Assembly (NCBI RefSeq): GCF_036321535.1
Contig: NC_087437.1
Coordinates: 42,782,001 to 42,846,000, forward strand
Direction of reading: 5' to 3'
Source of the DNA: Camelus dromedarius
Lineage: Eukaryota
Length of the DNA stretch: 64,000 bases
Positions 1 to 11,275 of this stretch are shown piece after piece; the stretch's first letter is position 1, and each line of letters opens with the position of its first letter. The notes beneath the pieces are model-generated. The model did not search any database. It was not told the DNA's origin and saw nothing but the letters and a program-made list of their open reading frames with translations. The position numbers were made by a program, and so were the translations under genes.

Positions 1-900
1 CTTCAGGGCAACAGTGCCCCTGAGAAGTTTATGCAATTCAGGCTTTTGGGATTATCCCTCCCAAAAGTTAGACTGAAAAATATGAACTCACAATTAAAAT
101 AAAATCAATAACAAACAAAAGGCAGCAAACAACTTGATGTGGAAGGAACATCCAGATACAGATCTTCAAGGACTTTAGTGACTGAAATGATCAGATGAAG
201 CATACAAGTTAAACGTTTATGGAATTTGTAAAGAAATAAAAGATGGAATATAAAGTGAGTGAACAATAAGTAAACATTAAAAACCTGCAGTTGTTCTTAA
301 AAAAGAATGAAAAAGAAATTTTAAAATGTAATCATTGAAATTAAAAATTAAAAAAAGAATTTTAAAATGATTGAGGTTATACAATGAAAATAAAATAGCT
401 CCTTTTCTCTCTTTTCTTACCTAATTGTAGAAAGAATAGACTCTATCTGTTGATTCCCCAGCATTAGTATGGAGACTCGAGTTCACGTAGTCTGCACTTT
501 CTTGTCTCCCTTTGCTCCGTTCCCATATTTCTGCTAGTCATGGTTTTCCTTTCAGGTCTCTTTAAATTTAAAGATTCATTTACCTTAGTAAGCCTTTATT
601 ATCTGTCAGTGTTAGATAGAATGGCTTGCATTTTCAGGATGTAAACTGAGGGATTTTGTGCCTTTACACATTTCTTCATCTTTTCTTGTTCCCTCCAATT
701 CTCAATTGCCTATTACTACATCTTTATATTTTTGCTGTCAAGGGTATTATTATTTACCTTCTGTTCTGTTACTGTATACCAGTCTTCCTTGCTGTGCTCA
801 TAGATGAGATCTAAAAATAGAAGCAATGGCCAACATACAGAAAATCAAAATTATGTAAATAGTCACCATAAAACAAAAGTGAAATTGAACCTTTTAAAAG
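1..900. mobile_element. Ancient L1ME/HAL1-type LINE fragments (sense ~1-400, antisense ~420-900)
   Basis: A-rich ORF1-like stretch followed by antisense HAL1-like motif TTGCTGTCAAGGGTATTATTATTTACCTTCTGTTCTG; highly diverged, family recalled from memory. Confidence 0.45.
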
Positions 901-1054
901 ATGGTGTGCTCCTACTTCACAAAACCTGTGTTGCTCAAAAAGAAGCATAGCTAACAGAAATGGGTGGCTGAGGGAGAGGGACAGTGGGAGGGTGCATGTA
1001 ACTACTTTATAATTACTTTATTTTGTTCATTTGAAAATGAACTTTTTGTTTTTA

Positions 1055-1330
1055 ACATTTGAACACCTCTAAGTTTGGGATGCACCTTATAATCGTTTTT
1101 GGCCAGGCAGTGGTGAGTGATCTAGCAGTATTGTCTGCCCATGTGAAAACTTGACCACAGCTGCTCATAGTATCATTTCAATTGAATGATTCACATTGTT
1201 GGTACTACATACATTGAGTTTAACTGCCATCTAAAATATTATCGGGAAGACTAAACTACGATTCAGCAATAATACCAAGAGTTATTGTGTACATAGAAAG
1301 ATGGGAGACAGAGTAGTGGATATGTGCTAA
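1055..1330 (+). mobile_element. Kanga1-like TcMar-Tc2 DNA transposon fragment
   Basis: GATGCACCTTATAATC and ACTACGATTCAGCAATAATACCAAGAGTTATTGTGTACATAGAAAG resemble the Kanga1 left arm and transposase start. Confidence 0.5.
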
Positions 1331-1644
1331 AATGTGTGTATAAATAAATCTTGAAGAATTAATACAATAGGTATAAAATAAAAATTCTAAATAATAAGAA
1401 AGCATTGTGGCATAGTTTAATATAATAGGAAATTTTCTTAGGGGTTGTAAGGTAGTAGTACCTCTACTAATCATCTGATTTATAACTTTTTAAAATCCAT
1501 GAAATATGATATTAAAGTGTATAAGATCTTTCAGTAAAATCTTTCCGCTTCCTTCTTTTAATATTTGTTAGAGGGAATTACTTTCTTCTTGATTTTTGTA
1601 CAGAACCTTCGAACAGTCTGATCTAATTTGCTTTGCAGGCTTCG

Positions 1645-2085
1645 ATGGCAGAAACAGCAGCTGTTCCACCCCTCCAGTCCCCATCTGTATTACCCCTTTC
1701 TAAAGTTACAGTAGTTTTAGCTACTGTTACTGAACACATTTACAGTCTCCCTTGCAGCTATGACAGCGTAACTAGGTTCCGCACATGTGATGCAACAGAA
1801 GTTATATATGTAATTTCTGGGCTTGTGCATCTAGAATACAAAGAACTTCCTCCCCTTCTCTCCTTACCTTCTTCTTGCTCCCCTTCCTCCTGAGGCTGGA
1901 GTGAGGATATGGTGGGGAGCCATCTTTGACAATGAATCCAAGGATAAAAACATAAGGATGCAAAATAAGATTTAAAAAAAAAAAGCCATAACACCCCTGA
2001 ATCATCCTAAAAGGATTGGACCACCTTTGCTTATCAATATATGAGAAAAAATAAAATTTTATTTTATTTAAATCAACATATTAAA
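1645..2085 (+). mobile_element. MaLR solo LTR (old MLT1, J/K-type)
   Basis: Starts GATGGCAGAAACAGCAGCTGTTCCACC; internal GGAGCCATCTTTGAC; ends GAGAAAAAATAAAATTTTATTTTATTTAAATCA as in MLT1 3' ends. Confidence 0.55.
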
Positions 2086-2379
2086 AAAAAACAGTAAGAT
2101 TGCTATGTTAGCATGAGGTAGGTTCACAAAAGTTTGGAGGATTCACATTAAGGAACAGATGAGATATACTGAAATCTAACTTCACCTTTTTAAAAATTTT
2201 TTCTAGAGAGAGTTACTGAAGATTAATTCCAAAATTATATTACCTGGTACATATTATTGAACTCTAATTTGGGGTATTAGGAAATAATTGTACAAAAATC
2301 ATAATTCCATATGTGGCTATAGAGACCCAAGAATCATGGGGCAAGAGAAAAGCAGATAGGCACCTGTATTAATTAAGTG

Positions 2380-3120
2380 CTAGATGTTGTAATAGATATA
2401 CCCTGAAAACTCAGAAACTTTATAATTGTTCAATTTCTTGCTCATATCAAAATAAATTGTATGCCAGTGGGCTAAGGATTCTCTCTTCTAAGTCCTCTTA
2501 GTTGTTTCTGTTCAGCAGGGAAAAAGAAAAAGGAGTGAGGATCACACATGAAAAATTCTGATGGAAATGACACTCATCACTTCTGCTCTTATTATCTTGA
2601 TCAGAACTCAGAAAAATGATGTTATCAGTCGGAGTCCATCCAAATGGAAAGAAACTATTTTAAGGATCTAAAATAAAGAATTTGTTACAAGAAATTTAAT
2701 ACAGAAAATTACACAGCATCCGAGAAGCCAAACAGACAATAAGGTACCACAGGGGTTAGCAACAGCAGAAAGCTGTTACCTCCTTTCTTTGGAGGAGGCA
2801 GTATTACCAGAATCTAGGTCATGTTACACATTGGAAGCTGAAGTCTTGGTGGGGCTGTCTGGTGGGAGCTGGAGCCATGCATGTCTTTCCCTTCTTCCCA
2901 TGTTCGAATATTCCTCCAGTATCTCTTATTTTCCAAATTCAGCTTGAAGCCACTACTGCAAGCCTGGGAAAGACAGGCTACAGGATCAGTGCCTTGCAAT
3001 GCAGAGCTGATAAGAGAAAGGGGAAGGATCTGGGAAAAAATAAGTCACAGATGGACACTTTGGCCTGACTTTACTACAAGGAGACTAGAAAATATAGTCC
3101 ATGTATCCAGAGGAGAATAC
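2380..3120 (-). mobile_element. Antisense MLT1K/L-type LTR split by an ERVL-class LTR (~2620-3055)
   Basis: MLT1 motif CATCACTTCTGCTC...CAGAACTCAG resumes at TGGCCTGACTTTACTACAAGGAGACTAGAAAATATAGTC; the inner piece has TAGCAACAGCAGAAAGCTGTTACC of old ERVL LTRs; subfamilies uncertain. Confidence 0.45.
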
Positions 3121-3234
3121 TGATGTTGATAAGCCAGGAAAACTCAAATTAAAAGGAGAGATTGGGGACCTCTAAAGTCAGTTGGTGAATCCTATTAGGT
3201 ACCAAATCACCATTGATAATTTCTATAAACCAGC

Positions 3235-4780
3235 TTTTTTTGGGTATATATATATATATATTTATTGAAGTATAGTCAGTTTACAATATTGTGTCAATTT
3301 CTGGTGTACAAAATAAAGCTTCAGTCATACACGAACATACATATATTTGTTTTCATATTCCTTTTCACCATAGATTACTACAAGGTATTGAACATAGTTC
3401 CCTGTGCTACACAGTATGAACTTGTTGTTTATCTATTTTATACATATTAGTATCTGCAAATCTCGAACTCCCGATTTATCCCTTCCCACCACCTTCCCCT
3501 CCTGGCCATCACAAGTTTGTTTTCTGTATCTGCGAATCTGTTTCTGTTTTGTTAGTAAGTTTGTTTGTTTGTTTTTTTAGATTCCACATGTAAGTGATAT
3601 CATATGATATTTTTCTTTCTTGTTCTGGCTTACTTCACTTAGAATGACAATCTCCAGGTCCAATCCATGTTGCTGAAAATGGCATTATTTTATTTTTTAT
3701 GGCAGAGTAGTATTCCACTGTGTAAGTACACCACAATTTCTTTATCCAGTCATCTGTTGATGGACATTTAGGTTGTTTCCATGTCTTGGCTATTCTAAAT
3801 AGTGCTGCTGTGAACATTGGGTTGCATGTATCTTTTTGAATTAAGATTCCCTCTGGATATATGCCCAGCAGTGGGATTGCTGGATCATATGGTAAGTCTA
3901 TTTTTAGTCATTTTTTTAAAACTTTTTTTATTGAGTTATAGTCATTTTACAATGTTGTGTCAAATTCCACTGTAGAGCACAATTTTTCAGTTATACATGA
4001 ACATACATATATTCATTGTCACCTTTTTTTTTTGCTGTGAGCTACCACAAGATCTTGTATATATTTCCCTGTGCTATACAGTATAATCTTGTTTATCTAT
4101 TCTACATATGCCTGTCAGTATCTACAAATTTTGAACTCCCAGTCTATCCCTTCCCCTCTGTCTTGGCAACCACAAGTTTGTATTCTATGTCTATGAGTCT
4201 GTTTCCGCTTTGTATTTATATTCTTTTTTTTAGATTCCACATTTGAGCATATTTTTAGTCTTTTGAGGAATCTCCATACTGTTTTCTATAACAGCTGCAC
4301 CAAACTGCTTTCCCACCAGCAGTGTAGGAGGGCTCCCTCTTCTCCACAGCCTCTCCAGCATTTATTGTTTGTGGACTTTTGAATGATGGCCATTCTGACT
4401 GGTGTGAGGTGAAACCTCATTGTAGTTTTGATTTGTATTTCTCTGACAAAATTAGTGATATTGAGCATTTTTTCATGTGCCTATTGGCCATTTGTATGTC
4501 TTCATTAGAGAATTGCTTGTTTAGGTCTTCTGCCCATTTTTGGATTGGGTTGTTTGTTTTTTTCTTATTAAGTTGTATGAGCATTTATATATTCTGGAAA
4601 TTAAGCCCTTGTCAGTCTCATCTTTTGCAAATATTTTCTCCCATTCTATAGGTGTCTTTTTGTTTTGCTTATGGTTTTCTTTGCTGTGCAAAAGCTTATG
4701 AATTTAGTTAAGTCCCATTTGTTTATTTTTGCTTTTATTTCTATTGCCTGGATAGGCTGCCCTAGGAGAACATTGCTATG
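3235..4780 (-). mobile_element. 5'-truncated LINE-1 (3' UTR plus ORF2p C-terminal domain), cetartiodactyl/camelid-type
   Basis: Minus-strand ORFs 4286-4468 ([44 protein letters not shown]) and 3635-3817 (AALFRIAKTWKQPKCPSTDDWIKKLW...EYYSAIK) match the L1 ORF2p cysteine-rich C-terminus; T/TA tail at 3235-3263. Confidence 0.95.
3910..4249 (-). mobile_element. Second L1 3'-UTR fragment nested in the first L1
   Basis: T-rich tail followed by an L1 3' end (TTTATTGAGTTATAGTCATTTTACAATG...TAGATTCCACAT); flanked by direct repeat TATTTTTAGTC at 3899-3909 and 4250-4260. Confidence 0.9.
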
Positions 4781-4997
4781 AGGAGGCAATGGAGTAATGA
4801 TAGTCTCTTCAGCAAATGATGTTGGGATAATTGGACAGCTGCGTGTAAATTAGTGAAGTTAGAATACTCCCTCACACTATACACAAAAATAAACTCGAAA
4901 TGTCTTAAAGACTTAAACATAAGACACAACACTATAAACCTCTTAGAAGAAAGCATAGGCAACATATTATCTGACATATTATTTGACATAAATCTTA
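4781..4997 (+). mobile_element. Inverted 5' segment of the same L1 (ORF2)
   Basis: Sense-strand L1 ORF2 (AGTCTCTTCAGCAAATGATGTTGGG...ACACAAAAATAAACTC...GACATAAATCTTA); its end is the native neighbour of the antisense segment that stops at ~4778. Confidence 0.88.
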
Positions 4998-6150
4998 ATA
5001 TATGACTTAGTTTGCTAAAATTAGAGTTTAATGTTTCGTACATTTTAAATAAATTTGACACATTTTTACTGTATTTTTAATAAGCTTAGTAATTTTGCAG
5101 AAAATACTGGTCTATCAAAATAAAAAGGTATATTTGATTTGAATTGATTGTGTTAAGATGCAGTCTGTAGTGAGAGCATCAGGAGAAGTCCAGAAATATT
5201 CATTTCTCTAATCTTAGTATATTTCAATGTCTTAAGTTTTGGATTCTATGGCCAAAATCTCATTGGTTGTTTATTTTCACCTAACAAAAACTTCTGTTAA
5301 TATTTGTTAGAGAACCTAAGAAGGGGAATGTCTTAAATCTCTTGCCTGGATGTCCATTACAACAATTTAAAAAAATATACAGATGGCAGATATATTCTTC
5401 CTTCTCTGACTCTGTATCACCCTCATTTGACTTTTCCACCTTGTTTACACAACCACTGCATTTTTATTTAACAATTGTTGGCATCAGTAACTGATCTGCA
5501 ATAAGAGCTAGTTTCTAGTTGAGAAGGCCAGAGTACTATTATAATCTAGTAAATTGGTCACCTTGGAGACAAAGGAATTTTAGTTTCAAAATGGCAAGGA
5601 ATTAGATTAGACATGATTCATCAGCTACACAAATAATAATTTTTGTTTCAAAAGTCGGGTTTTCTGTATCAGCAGTACATAATAACATTGTGAATTTGGG
5701 GTAGACATATTAGAAGGTCTACTCCAAGGGAGAAGCAGTGCTTAAGAAGTAATTATTAAAAAAAACAAAATTCTTTGATATTGTTAACAAGGATATTTGT
5801 TTTGATTTGATTTGATTACAGCTATTGGAAATCTCAGTATCATGTATCATTTTAGGAAACTTGCATGTCTTCTTCTGGTTAGCTAGACGTAGGCAAGTAA
5901 AAACACTTTTTGAAAATAATAATGTATCACCCTGCACTTTCAGCCTGTTTTACCAAATGCACTCAGAAAGCATAGCAAATAGTAATTCATTTTAACTCAC
6001 ATGATCTCTGTGTCATTTGAAGCTAGAAGATGCCATGATGGTTTTAGTACTGCACTCCTGACTCCTTGATTTAAATCATAAATATTACTCTCCTCATTTT
6101 ATAGCTATAGAATCTGGACCAAGCAAGGTCATACTAATGGAAATTCAGAA

Positions 6151-6312
6151 CAAGGATGGCAGATAATTTCACCTCACTATAATGGTAGTGACTGTCAAAA
6201 GTGCTGCGGTGAGAAAAATTCTGAGGCCACACCTGGCTCAGCAGGATGGAGTATGGTAATTAATACTGGTGTTTTCCATAAGCATGGAAAGAAAAGAGAT
6301 TTGCCATTCCTG
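6151..6312 (+). mobile_element. MER117-like hAT-Charlie MITE
   Basis: Inverted termini CAAGGATGGCAGAT / ATTTGCCATTCCTG; internal GAGAAAAATTCTGAGGCCACACCTGGCTCAGC. Confidence 0.7.
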
Positions 6313-7149
6313 TTTCAATAGCTGAGATATCTGAATTTCTATTCTAAATGGAAAATAAGATTAAGTTGGAACAGATTTTCAGTGGGTAGTACTACAAAGT
6401 ATTGAAATTAGTCAAGAAATTATATATTGAATGTGAATTCAACAGAGTTCTTTCCACTTTTCCAGCTGGGTATAATGACTTTTCCTTCTTTCCTCACTGC
6501 TTCACAAATGATTCTTTCAAAGATTAACTAAATGTGAGAAGGGATAATTTACCATCTATGACGGAGTGTCTGTATGCCTGTTGTTGGTAGGGCCAGTGAA
6601 AAATGTATTGGATTGACGCTTTGTGTATTTTCTCCTTTTGATTTCTGAATTATGAAAGAGAGAAATCAACAGATATTGATGCACAAATAATTGTTTGGAT
6701 GTTTTGCAAAGAGTCATAAAATATACGATGAAAAAGGAAATGGACATAATGGAAACAGTGGAAGTTGAAATTTTGAATGCTGGCAAATACGTGGTTTTAA
6801 AACCTTCTGAGAATTAGAATTATCTTTTACCCCATTGTCTCAGTATAGGACCAATACGTCCTAATTTTAGGCTAATGCCCTTTCTGAGCATTTACTGAAC
6901 ACATAATGTGTTTCAGCCACTAGGAATGATAGGACATTCACAAATTCCGTATGACTACTGAGCCTATTTTTAATTTTATTATAGTACTGGACATATGAAT
7001 ATGAAAAAGTTGGGGTTTAAGCAAACAGCAAAGACAGTTTTAGAATATTCTAATTGAAAGCTTTTTATTCAGTGGTCATGTTAATCTCTTTCTTCTATAA
7101 GAATTATAGTTTCCTATTAATAATAGTAATCTTCCAGAGAAATAATTTA

Positions 7150-8145
7150 TTCATTTATTTTTCTTTTTCCTACAGTGGTATAATTATTATACAATCAAAT
7201 GCACATATCTTAATTGTTTGCCTCAGTTACCTTGACAATTGGGTTCACCACTGTAACCAACACTGAAAACAAGATACAGAACATTCTCATCACACATAGA
7301 TTTCCACACATATTTTTCCAGTCAACTCTATCCCCGTCTTCCTTTTGCTGATCAGTAATTTTCTGATTTTATTGCCTATAGTTAGTTTTGCTTTCTGGTA
7401 CTTTTTATAAATGCAAATATTCAATGTGTGTTCTTTTATTTCTGTCTTTTTTTGCCCAATATAGTGGTTTTAAAGTTCATCCATGCTGTTTTATGTATCA
7501 GTAGTATATTATTTTTTATTTCTCAGTAGTAATTCGTTATATGGCTATACCAGTGTTTATTCATTCTCTTGTTAGTTTGTTTCCAGTTTTGGGCTATTAT
7601 AAACAAGGTGGCTGTCAAAATTCTTACAGAAATATTTTGGTTCTCATTTATTTTTATTTTTCTTAGCTAATACTTAAGAGTGAAATTTCTGAATCATAGC
7701 TTATATATATTATAAAAAGTGCAAAGCAGTCCCCAATATAGTGGTATCATTTATGTACTGATTAACAAAGAATGACAGTTCCAGTTGCTCTCTGTATTTG
7801 AAAACATTTAATGATGCTGTGGGTTTTTTTGGTTTTTTTGTTTTGTAATTTATTTTGTTTTGGCTTTAGTTTAGCCTCTGTAGAAGCTATAAAATGGCAT
7901 CCTGTTGTGGTTTTGAGTGCTTCTGCAAGGATTTATTGACCATGTATTTATTTCACTTTAAAAATATATGTTCAGGCCTTCATTTAAAACCTTGAGTTGC
8001 TCATCTTTTTGTTGACTTTCCTTTCTCATTGCATTGGTCTTGCACCCCAGCACCTTCTAGATGTTATTTCCTTTTCTTCTAGCCTCAGTTTCTGCTGAGA
8101 AGTCAGCTGTTATTCATATTACTATTCTACTCTGAGTAATGTGTC
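7150..8145 (-). mobile_element. Old L1M 3' end and adjoining fragment
   Basis: Antisense L1M 3' UTR motifs: TGTAACCAACAC...AAGATACAGAACATT, TTCATCCATGCTGTT, TTTCCAGTTTTGGGCTATTATAAACAAGG, GTTCCAGTTGCTC. Confidence 0.8.
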
Positions 8146-9489
8146 TGAGATATGTGAACAAAAAGTACTGCAAACCATATCAGTAAACGAAGAATGCTGA
8201 CACCATCAAGTCATCAGCCACTGCCGCCACCACCCCTGCCCCCCACCGTGAAGACAAGCCTGCAGCCCAGCCCCTGCAGCCACTCACAATGGTGCACCCT
8301 GAGGGGACTCAGAATAAGAAAGCACAGGATACTGGCCCTAGATAGCTAAGTGCTTGTCAAAGGAATGAATTCAGTGAGCCCAAATGTTTGCTTCCTCCCA
8401 CACATAGAAAAGTGCTAAATTCTTCAACTTGAGATGCCTGGTTTTCTTTAGATAGCAAGTAATCTCTTATTGTTTGAACTACCTGGTCTTTGTTGTAAAG
8501 CCCCTATATATCCTACCTCCTCCCCTACCTCTTCGGAGCAGTCCCTCAGAGCCATCTGAGAGGCTGTCATCCCGGCTTGAGTCCTCCCGCCAAATAAAAC
8601 ATAACTCTCAACTTTTAGGCTGCGCATTTATTTCAGTCGACAGATACTACAATTTATAATAAGAAACATATATTTGGTCTTCATCCTCATTCCTGGCACA
8701 GAGCTCCTAAAACTAAACTCTTGGAATTTTCTAAGAACAAGAGGGATAAAGGTCTCTTTTGTTATTTATAACAAACCCCTTTCAGCCACCCTGGAGTTAT
8801 GCTAATAAGGTGACCACTGGAAAGCCCCTAGGGATGGGGAGTGGCTGCCAGGGGAACTAACCCTGTGATTAGTGGGTTGGAACTTTCAGCCCCTCCTCAC
8901 ACCTCCAGACCTCCAGGGAGAGGAGAGGAGTTGGAGATTGACTCAATAACCAGTAGCCAATGACTTAATCAATTATGCCTATGCAATAAGTCTTCTATTA
9001 AAACCCAAAAGATAGAGTTTGGAGAGCTTCCAGATTGGTGAGTACATGGAAGTGGTGGGAGGGTGATGTGCCCAGAGAAAGCATGGAAACTCCACACCCT
9101 TTCTTCATACCTTGCCCTAAGCATCTCTTCCATCTGGCTGTTCCTGAATTATGTCCTTTTATAATTAACTGGTAATGTAGTTAGTGAGGGGGTTTTGAGA
9201 ATGTGTGATTTTTGGCCAGTTGGTCAAAAGCATAGGTGATTTCACCTGGACATGAGATTGGCATCTGAAGGGGGGTGGGGGTGCAGTCTTGCAGGACTGA
9301 GACCTTACCCAGAGGGATCTTATGATACTACAGGCAGACAGTGTCAGAACTGAATTGAATTGTATGACACCCAGCTCATGTCACAGAATTGCTTGATGTG
9401 AGAAACCACTCTCGCGTTTGGTCACCAGAGATGTTCTGGAAGTATAGTATGAGAGGAGAGGAGAAACAGCTGTATTTCCTGCCTCCACT
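8146..9489 (+). mobile_element. MER21 (MER21C-like) ERVL solo LTR, interrupted 7 bp from its start
   Basis: TGAGATA|...|CTACAATTTATAATAAGAAACATATATTTGGTC...CCTGGCACAGAGCTCCTAAAAC...TGAATTGAATTGTATGACACCCAG; approximate 5-bp TSD GTGTC (8141-8145) / GTGCC (9490-9494). Confidence 0.85.
8153..8642 (+). mobile_element. ERV1-class solo LTR (490 bp), probably lineage-restricted
   Basis: TG...CA termini (TGTGAAC...GTCGACA), exact 4-bp TSD GATA (8149-8152 and 8643-8646), TATATA at 8505-8510, AATAAA at 8593-8598. Confidence 0.88.
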
Positions 9490-10679
9490 GTGCCTTTGTT
9501 CTCTAGATGCTTTAAGACATGCTCTTTTTTCTGTGGTTTTCAAAGATAAATTTGATTATGATGTGCCTAGAGTATTGTTTTGGTTTTTGGTATTTATCCT
9601 GCTTACAATTCACTGAGTCACTTCAATCTATAGTTTGGTTTTTTCATCAGTTTTGAAAAACTAAGGGCCATATCTCTTCTAGTAGTTTGTCTGCCCCATT
9701 CTTTCTTTTCTTTTCTTTTTTTTTTTTGGCAGTTCAGTTACAGATGTATTATGCTGTTTGATATTATCCCTCATATGTTAGATTTCTGGGTTTTTTTAAA
9801 CTTTATTTTTACTTTTTTTTCCTCGTTATATTGGTTAGGAAGCTTTTTATTGATCTGCCTTCAATACTGTTAACTGCCTTCTGTGTCCAGTTTGCTGTTA
9901 AATCCTTTTTTAAATAATACTTTTGACATAACATTTCTGTTTAGATGTATTATGTTTTTGCTGAAACTTGCCATTTCTCCATGCTTGTTTATCTACCATT
10001 ATAACTATATTCTTTAAACTTTTAAAAAAAAAACTGTGGTCATTTTAAATTCCCTGTTTGATCATTCCAACATTGGAGATGTCTCTGGATCTAATTCTAT
10101 TCACTATTTCCTCTCTTACCTGTTGTTCATACATTTTGTTTCTGTGTTGTTTTAGAATTTTTCATTGTTTACCAGACATTTTATGTAAAAGAGAAGAAGG
10201 AACCGAAGTAAATAATATTTAACTCTAGAAAGTGGCACACTTTAAAATCAGGCTACTAGAGCAGGGACTGAGTCAACATGATGTAGTTAAACTGGGTTTG
10301 GCTTTATCTCAACATTAGTTTAATTTTGTTTCCCACTGTCTTCAAAAGTTTTGAAGATGGAATCACAACTTTCCCTTCTGCTAGCCTTGGGATCTGAGGA
10401 CTGCCAACTGCAAAGATCTGCCTGTGTGTCAAAGCTGAGCTCCCACCTGTTGGAACCGTGGGACATCTCTGCCTAGTTTACAACCTGGTTGCCAGGTTGT
10501 TAGGTCTTTGGAGAGTTACCTCTTCTTTTCAGTCCTGCCCCCTGATTTCTGAACCTTTTGGAGATGTTTTTTGACCTGTTATTCCTCTCTCAGCCTTTGG
10601 AGGGCTATGGCTCTAAACCCCGTTAAGATGCAGAACACCTCAGGGAGGTTCCTCTTTAACTTTGCTAATTGAAAGCTAA

Positions 10680-10735
<56 letters not shown>

Positions 10736-11275
10736 AGCTCTCTGACCTCTCTCACCTTCCTTAGATAATAAATTTCTCCCTGCTTCTTTCCCCACCTCTG
10801 AGGGAGATTTACACCGCTCAGGAGTGCCCTTGCACACCTCACCAGGGCCGTCTCTTAGTTCCCAGTCTTTGATACCGCTCCCCGCTGCTTTTCGTATATG
10901 GCTCCCTACGCTCCCTACGCTTGAGCAAGAATTGGCAGATAGGTGCAGATAGGTCTGTGGGTGGGGATCTAATCTAATTCTAATCTATAGTGCCAGCTTA
11001 CATGTAACTGTTAACAATTCTTTAAATCTGTATCCAATTTCTGCTTATCCCCTCCCAAACAACACCCCAGGTCCCTCTTCCTCAGCAGCCATGGGTCTCT
11101 TCTCCATGAAGAACTTGGCCCTTTCTGGATATTAGTTTGTTTAAGTTTCATTGTGTCCTCAACTCGTCAGTGAATTTAAAAACTATGATTATTGTAGCTT
11201 ATCTGACTTTGTTTTTGTTATTGTTGGGGTAGGAGAATAGTCTCTTGTAACTCTTTTATCTGACTGGAAAAGAAA
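9490..11275 (-). mobile_element. Old L1M ORF1/5' region (host of the MER21 insertion)
   Basis: Antisense L1M ORF1 motifs TTTGATTATGATGTGCCTAG, TTTCATCAGTTTTG, TCTGCCCCATTC; continues from TAATGTGTC at 8137-8145. Confidence 0.7.
10685..10730. repeat. (GT)23 microsatellite
   Basis: Perfect GT dinucleotide run of 46 nt. Confidence 0.98.

Noticed and set aside
10579..10842. ORF with HTHTHT repeat
   Set aside because: It is the translation of the (GT)23 microsatellite.
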